A DNA stretch of 64,000 nt from contig CAWGYA010000006.1 in the NCBI GenBank assembly GCA_963826715.1, forward strand, positions 1 to 64,000, read 5' to 3'. Below the pieces are notes generated by a model. That model searched no databases, had not been told where the DNA came from, and saw only the letters and a list, made by a program, of their open reading frames with translations. This document shows, one piece after another, positions 59,981-64,000 of this stretch (positions are counted from its first letter, which is position 1; each line of letters starts with the position of its first letter). Source of the DNA: Candidatus Bathyarchaeota archaeon (GTDB lineage: Archaea > Thermoproteota > Bathyarchaeia > Bathyarchaeales > Bathycorpusculaceae). A program made the position numbers and the translations under genes.

Positions 59981-62900
59981 TTGAGTGCCCCTTTCAATTC
60001 TGTAATGGATGGGAAAAAAATTTCCGAAGGAAAGATAGAAGCGGTCAAGCAATCTGAGAAAAATAGTCCAACTCAAAATAGAGAAAGTTTTCCAATTGTT
60101 GGAATTGGCGCTTCAGCAGGCGGCTTAGAAGCCATCACATTAATACTCCAACATCTTGATTTAGATACGGGCTTAGTTTTTGTTTTCATACAGCACTTAG
60201 CTACAGGACAAGAAAGCATGCTCCCAAACATTCTTGCCCGAGCAACCAAAATGCCTGTGCTCGCAGTTACAAATGAAATGCAGGTAAAACCCAATACCGT
60301 TTACGTTATCCCATCAGGAAAAATAATGACTCTTGATGGAGAATACCTCAAGCTAATTCCAAAAGGAGCATCACTAAGACCCATAGATGCCTTTTTTGAC
60401 TCTATAGCCCGTCAACGAAAAACTCAAGCTGTAGGTATAGTGCTTTCGGGAACCGGTACTGATGGAACCGAGGGGCTGAAAGAAATCAAAAACGAGGGCG
60501 GAATAACTATCGCCCAAGACCCAAAAACCGCCCAATCACCGGAATGCCTCAAAGCGCCATATCAGCTGAGGCAACGGATTTAGTGCTTTCACCAAGCCAA
60601 ATAGCTCAGGAACTTTCAAAAATAGCCAGCAATCCCAGTTAATTCGAGCCGAAATCGAAGCTGCCGAAAACAAAAATCAACCAGTTTCGGGGGCGCTATT
60701 TTCTTTGTTGAAGTCTAATTTCAAAGTTGACTTCTCTCACTACAAAGAAGCCTTTCTGAATCGTCGTATCAAACGACGTATGGTACTAAACCACATGGAA
60801 AACATCAAGGAATATTCTGATTATGTTCGTACGCATCCTGAGGAGCTTCAGAAACTCTTCGACGACCTGCTTGTGGGAGTCACAAACTTCTTTAGAGAAC
60901 CAAACACCTTCACTCTTCTAAAAGAAAAAGTCTTTCAAGAACTTATCAAAGGCAAAACAGCCCAACAATCTATCCGAGTTTGGATAATAGGGTGCTCATC
61001 AGGCGAAGAAGCATATTCGTTCACAATAGCTTTACTGGAATTCTTGGAGGAGAAAGCGTTGACTAGTATCCCAATCCAAGTTTTTGGTACAGACGTCAAC
61101 CAAAAAAATATCGACAAAGCGCGCCAAGGAATATACCCAAAGACCATCGAGACATCGGTCTCAGAAGCACGCCTTAGAAAATACTTCAACAACTTCAATG
61201 GTGGCTATCGAATATCAAAAGGAATTCGTGAACTTTGCGTATTCTCAAAGCAAGATGTAACCGCTGATCCCCCCTTCTCGAACTTAGATTTGTTAGTTGC
61301 CGAAACATCCTCATCTATTTTGATTCCGAGCTTCAAGAAAGAGTAATTCCCATATTGCATTATGCCTTAAAACCCAATGGTTTCCTTGTTTTGGGCGAAT
61401 CTGAAAGCATAGGCAAACTAACGACATTATTTGAACCACAACGGCAAGGGGAATAGTTTACGTTAAAAAGAAGGGGCATCCTCAGGTAATATTTGGCTTT
61501 GAAACTTATGATAATCAACAAAAAAGAGTGAATACTTTGCCTGAGCGAAAAGAGTCTGTTTCGCTTATCCGTGAACAAATTGACAAATTACTTTTAACTG
61601 AATACGTTCCTGCTTCCCTTCTGGTTAACAATAACTTGGATGTAATCATTACCCGCGGAAATGTTGCACCCTACATAAAACTTGAATCAGGAGAAACATC
61701 TCTTAACTTGGCTAAGGTTCTTCATAGAGAAGTCAGGGCAACGGTTCAAACTTTAATTTATAAGGCCAAAAAAGATAACAAAGCAACTAGAGAAGAAGCA
61801 ATCAGCTTTGAATATCAATCCCATCCATTAACAGCCAATATTCGAGTCACTCCAATTAACATAGTCCAGTTTGAAGAGCCTTTCTTTTTGGTTCTTTTTG
61901 AGGATGTAAGTTCAGCAGCTGCTCATTTGAGGCAGGTAATTGAGCTTACATCGACTCCTGATGGTCGAGAAAGTGCTAAAGACCGCCAAATTATTGAACT
62001 CAGAGATGAAGCAGACTCAGCCAAAATAGCTTTTCAGTCAATTATTGAGGCGCAGGAAGCAACTAATGAAGAACTAAAAGCATCAATGGAAGAAGTTCAA
62101 TCAACCAGTGAAGAATTGCAGAGTACTAATGAAGAGCTTGAAACGGCTAAAGAAGAACTCCAGTCAAGTAATGAGGAGTTGACAACGCTCAATGATGAAC
62201 TTAAAGACCGAAATCAAACAATCTCTCGTCTTAATGCCGACTTAACTAACATTAATGAGAATGTTGATTCAGCGGTTGTTTTGGTTAATTGTGATTTGAA
62301 TATTAGGCTTTTTAATCCTGCGGCTGTAAGAATTCTAAAGCTCTTGCCTCAGCAGATTGGGCTTCCAATAGCTAGTGTAAGCTTGGGCTTACTTTTTGAG
62401 GATTTAGAGAAAATAATTTCAGATGTTATTGCAGCAAAAGAAAGGATTGCGCGTGCTGTTAGATATAGGGAGGGGCATGTGTATGAAATGCGTGTTAGGC
62501 CTTATCTTGATGAAAAGGGCAAAGTTGATGGTGCTGTTTTGGCGTTTAATGATGTAAGTGAGTTGGATCAGGCTCGGCGGTTGGCGGCTGTTGGCGAGAC
62601 AGCTGGCATGGTTGGGCATGATATTCGCAATCCTCTACAAGCTATAACCAGCGATGTATACTTGCTGAAATCTGAGCTATCTTCTTGCCTTGAGGGAGAG
62701 AAGAAAAAGAATGCCCTTGAGAGTTTGCAAGAAATAGAGCAGAATGTTGAGTACATTAACAAGATCGTCGCTGATTTACAGGATTATGCTAGACCGCTTA
62801 AACCTGATGTCAGAGAAACCGATTTAGAAAAAGTAATCGAGAACCTACTACTCAAGTACACGTTTCCGACAAACATCAAATCAGCATGTATTGTAGATAA

Positions 62901-63243
62901 AGATGCAAAAAAAATTATGACTGATCCTGACTTATTAAAGCGTATCTTGGGTAACTTGGTGACTAACGCAATTCAAGCGATGCCAAATGGCGGCGATTTG
63001 TCGATTAGGGTTTTTAGAGAGATAGATGAGGTGGTTTTAGTTGTTGAGGATACAGGCGTTGGAATTCCTGATGAAGTTAAGCCTAAGTTGTTTACGCCTT
63101 TGTTCACTACAAAATCTAAAGGTCAAGGCTTTGGGTTGGCTGTTGTTAAACGAGCTACTGAAGCATTGGGCGGAACAATAAATTTTGAGAGCCAAAAGGG
63201 CAAAGGGACTAAATTCGTTTTACGTTTCCCCCCCAGTTGCTAA
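59981..63243 (+). pseudogene. CheB-CheR-PAS-histidine kinase fusion split by about four frameshifts (possibly assembly errors)
   Basis: CheB GASAGG/QHL/SGTGTDG; CheR VTNFFRE/GCSSGEE; SCRNILIYF and LGESE lie in other frames; EELQSTNEELET coil; H-box kinase; shifts near 60538, 60636, 61293 and 61445. Confidence 0.85.
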
Positions 63244-64000
63244 ACAGTAAATGGACCTATAAATAAGATCTAGTTTTCTAATTCTTGTTTGGCGAAAAAC
63301 ATAGCTTTAAAATTCAGTTCGACAAATTCGTTTCTCGATCTCTCCTGTTTAAGCTTCTTTGTCTATTTCCTCAGGCATTAAATTAGAAGGGGTATACTGA
63401 CTGGTTGTTTTTCTCGTCGTCAAATCCAGAGGCTCATGATAGTTAACAATTAATTTTAAACCTTAACAGAGCTTAAGAACAGCCTTTTCATCAGAATAAG
63501 CCCATTTATGGCTTAATGGTTTCACCACGAGTGAAAAAGATTCTGCCAAGTAGAGAAACTGAAGACAGAGATGTCAGCGGTTAAGACCAAACTCAACGAA
63601 GCAGAAAACCTCGCTGGATCGTCTTATTATAAAATAGCGCCAAACTGAAAGGACTGAGCTATACTACTTCCTAAAATACAGAAAATGGACAAAGATAACA
63701 TATATCTGCATCCCGGAGTTGTCAAGGCGATTAAGGCAACAGTTTTGCTCATTATTGACGATTCAAACAAGAGCATCCTGTACATACTTCGTCTGTTTGG
63801 TGGAGGTAGCTGGTGATATAGCTGGACTTCCACATTCACAACTTGTTATTCTTCAAGGTACAACCCATTATACACTCTTCGAATGAGTCGATTGGCTAAG
63901 CTCCATGGTTGAGATCCCTTGTTTATCTCTTCCTTAAAGAGGTATATTTATTTTGACGATTAAATAGCGGCTTCTTTTACAAAAAACAATAAGAAACATT

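Noticed and set aside
62050-62210. Repetitive GAAGAA-rich tract
   Set aside because: It encodes the normal EELQSxNEEL coiled coil of CheBR fusions and is not a DNA repeat or CRISPR
63250-64000. Short ORFs and fragments at the window end
   Set aside because: Interrupted by stops, with no recognisable homology

Overview
Archaeal chromosome segment, most likely Candidatus Bathyarchaeia (TACK). This is inferred from elp3-gatD-gatE, rps30e, RIO2, an Sm-like protein, pyrI, PAS kinases with a GMVGHDIRNPL H-box, and a PQQ-like surface protein ending in an LLLRKRP anchor. Layout: (i) 1-9.3 kb is a partly decayed toxin-antitoxin/defence island with a duplicated small membrane gene around a PAS kinase, hicB-hicA', two wHTH + DUF6036/AbiEii-like nucleotidyltransferase modules with palindromic operators, an amber-interrupted AbrB antitoxin and scattered duplicated fragments. 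(ii) 9.4-32 kb holds stress, detoxification and repair genes: HgcC-like AbrB + arsM, ABC exporters, DUF523/DUF1722, a heliorhodopsin with an unusual TM1 and apparent ATT start, katG-Fur/PerR, a UvrD-nuclease, MPG and an MrfAB-like pair. (iii) 32-50 kb holds transport and redox genes plus an unannotated ~220-nt highly structured, pseudoknot-capable RNA candidate at 35374-35592, the most striking unexplained signal. (iv) 50-60 kb is core genes. (v) 60-63 kb is a frameshifted CheB-CheR-PAS-kinase fusion. No rRNA, tRNA, CRISPR array, integrase or transposase was seen. Several single-base indels, often in homopolymers, may be assembly errors.
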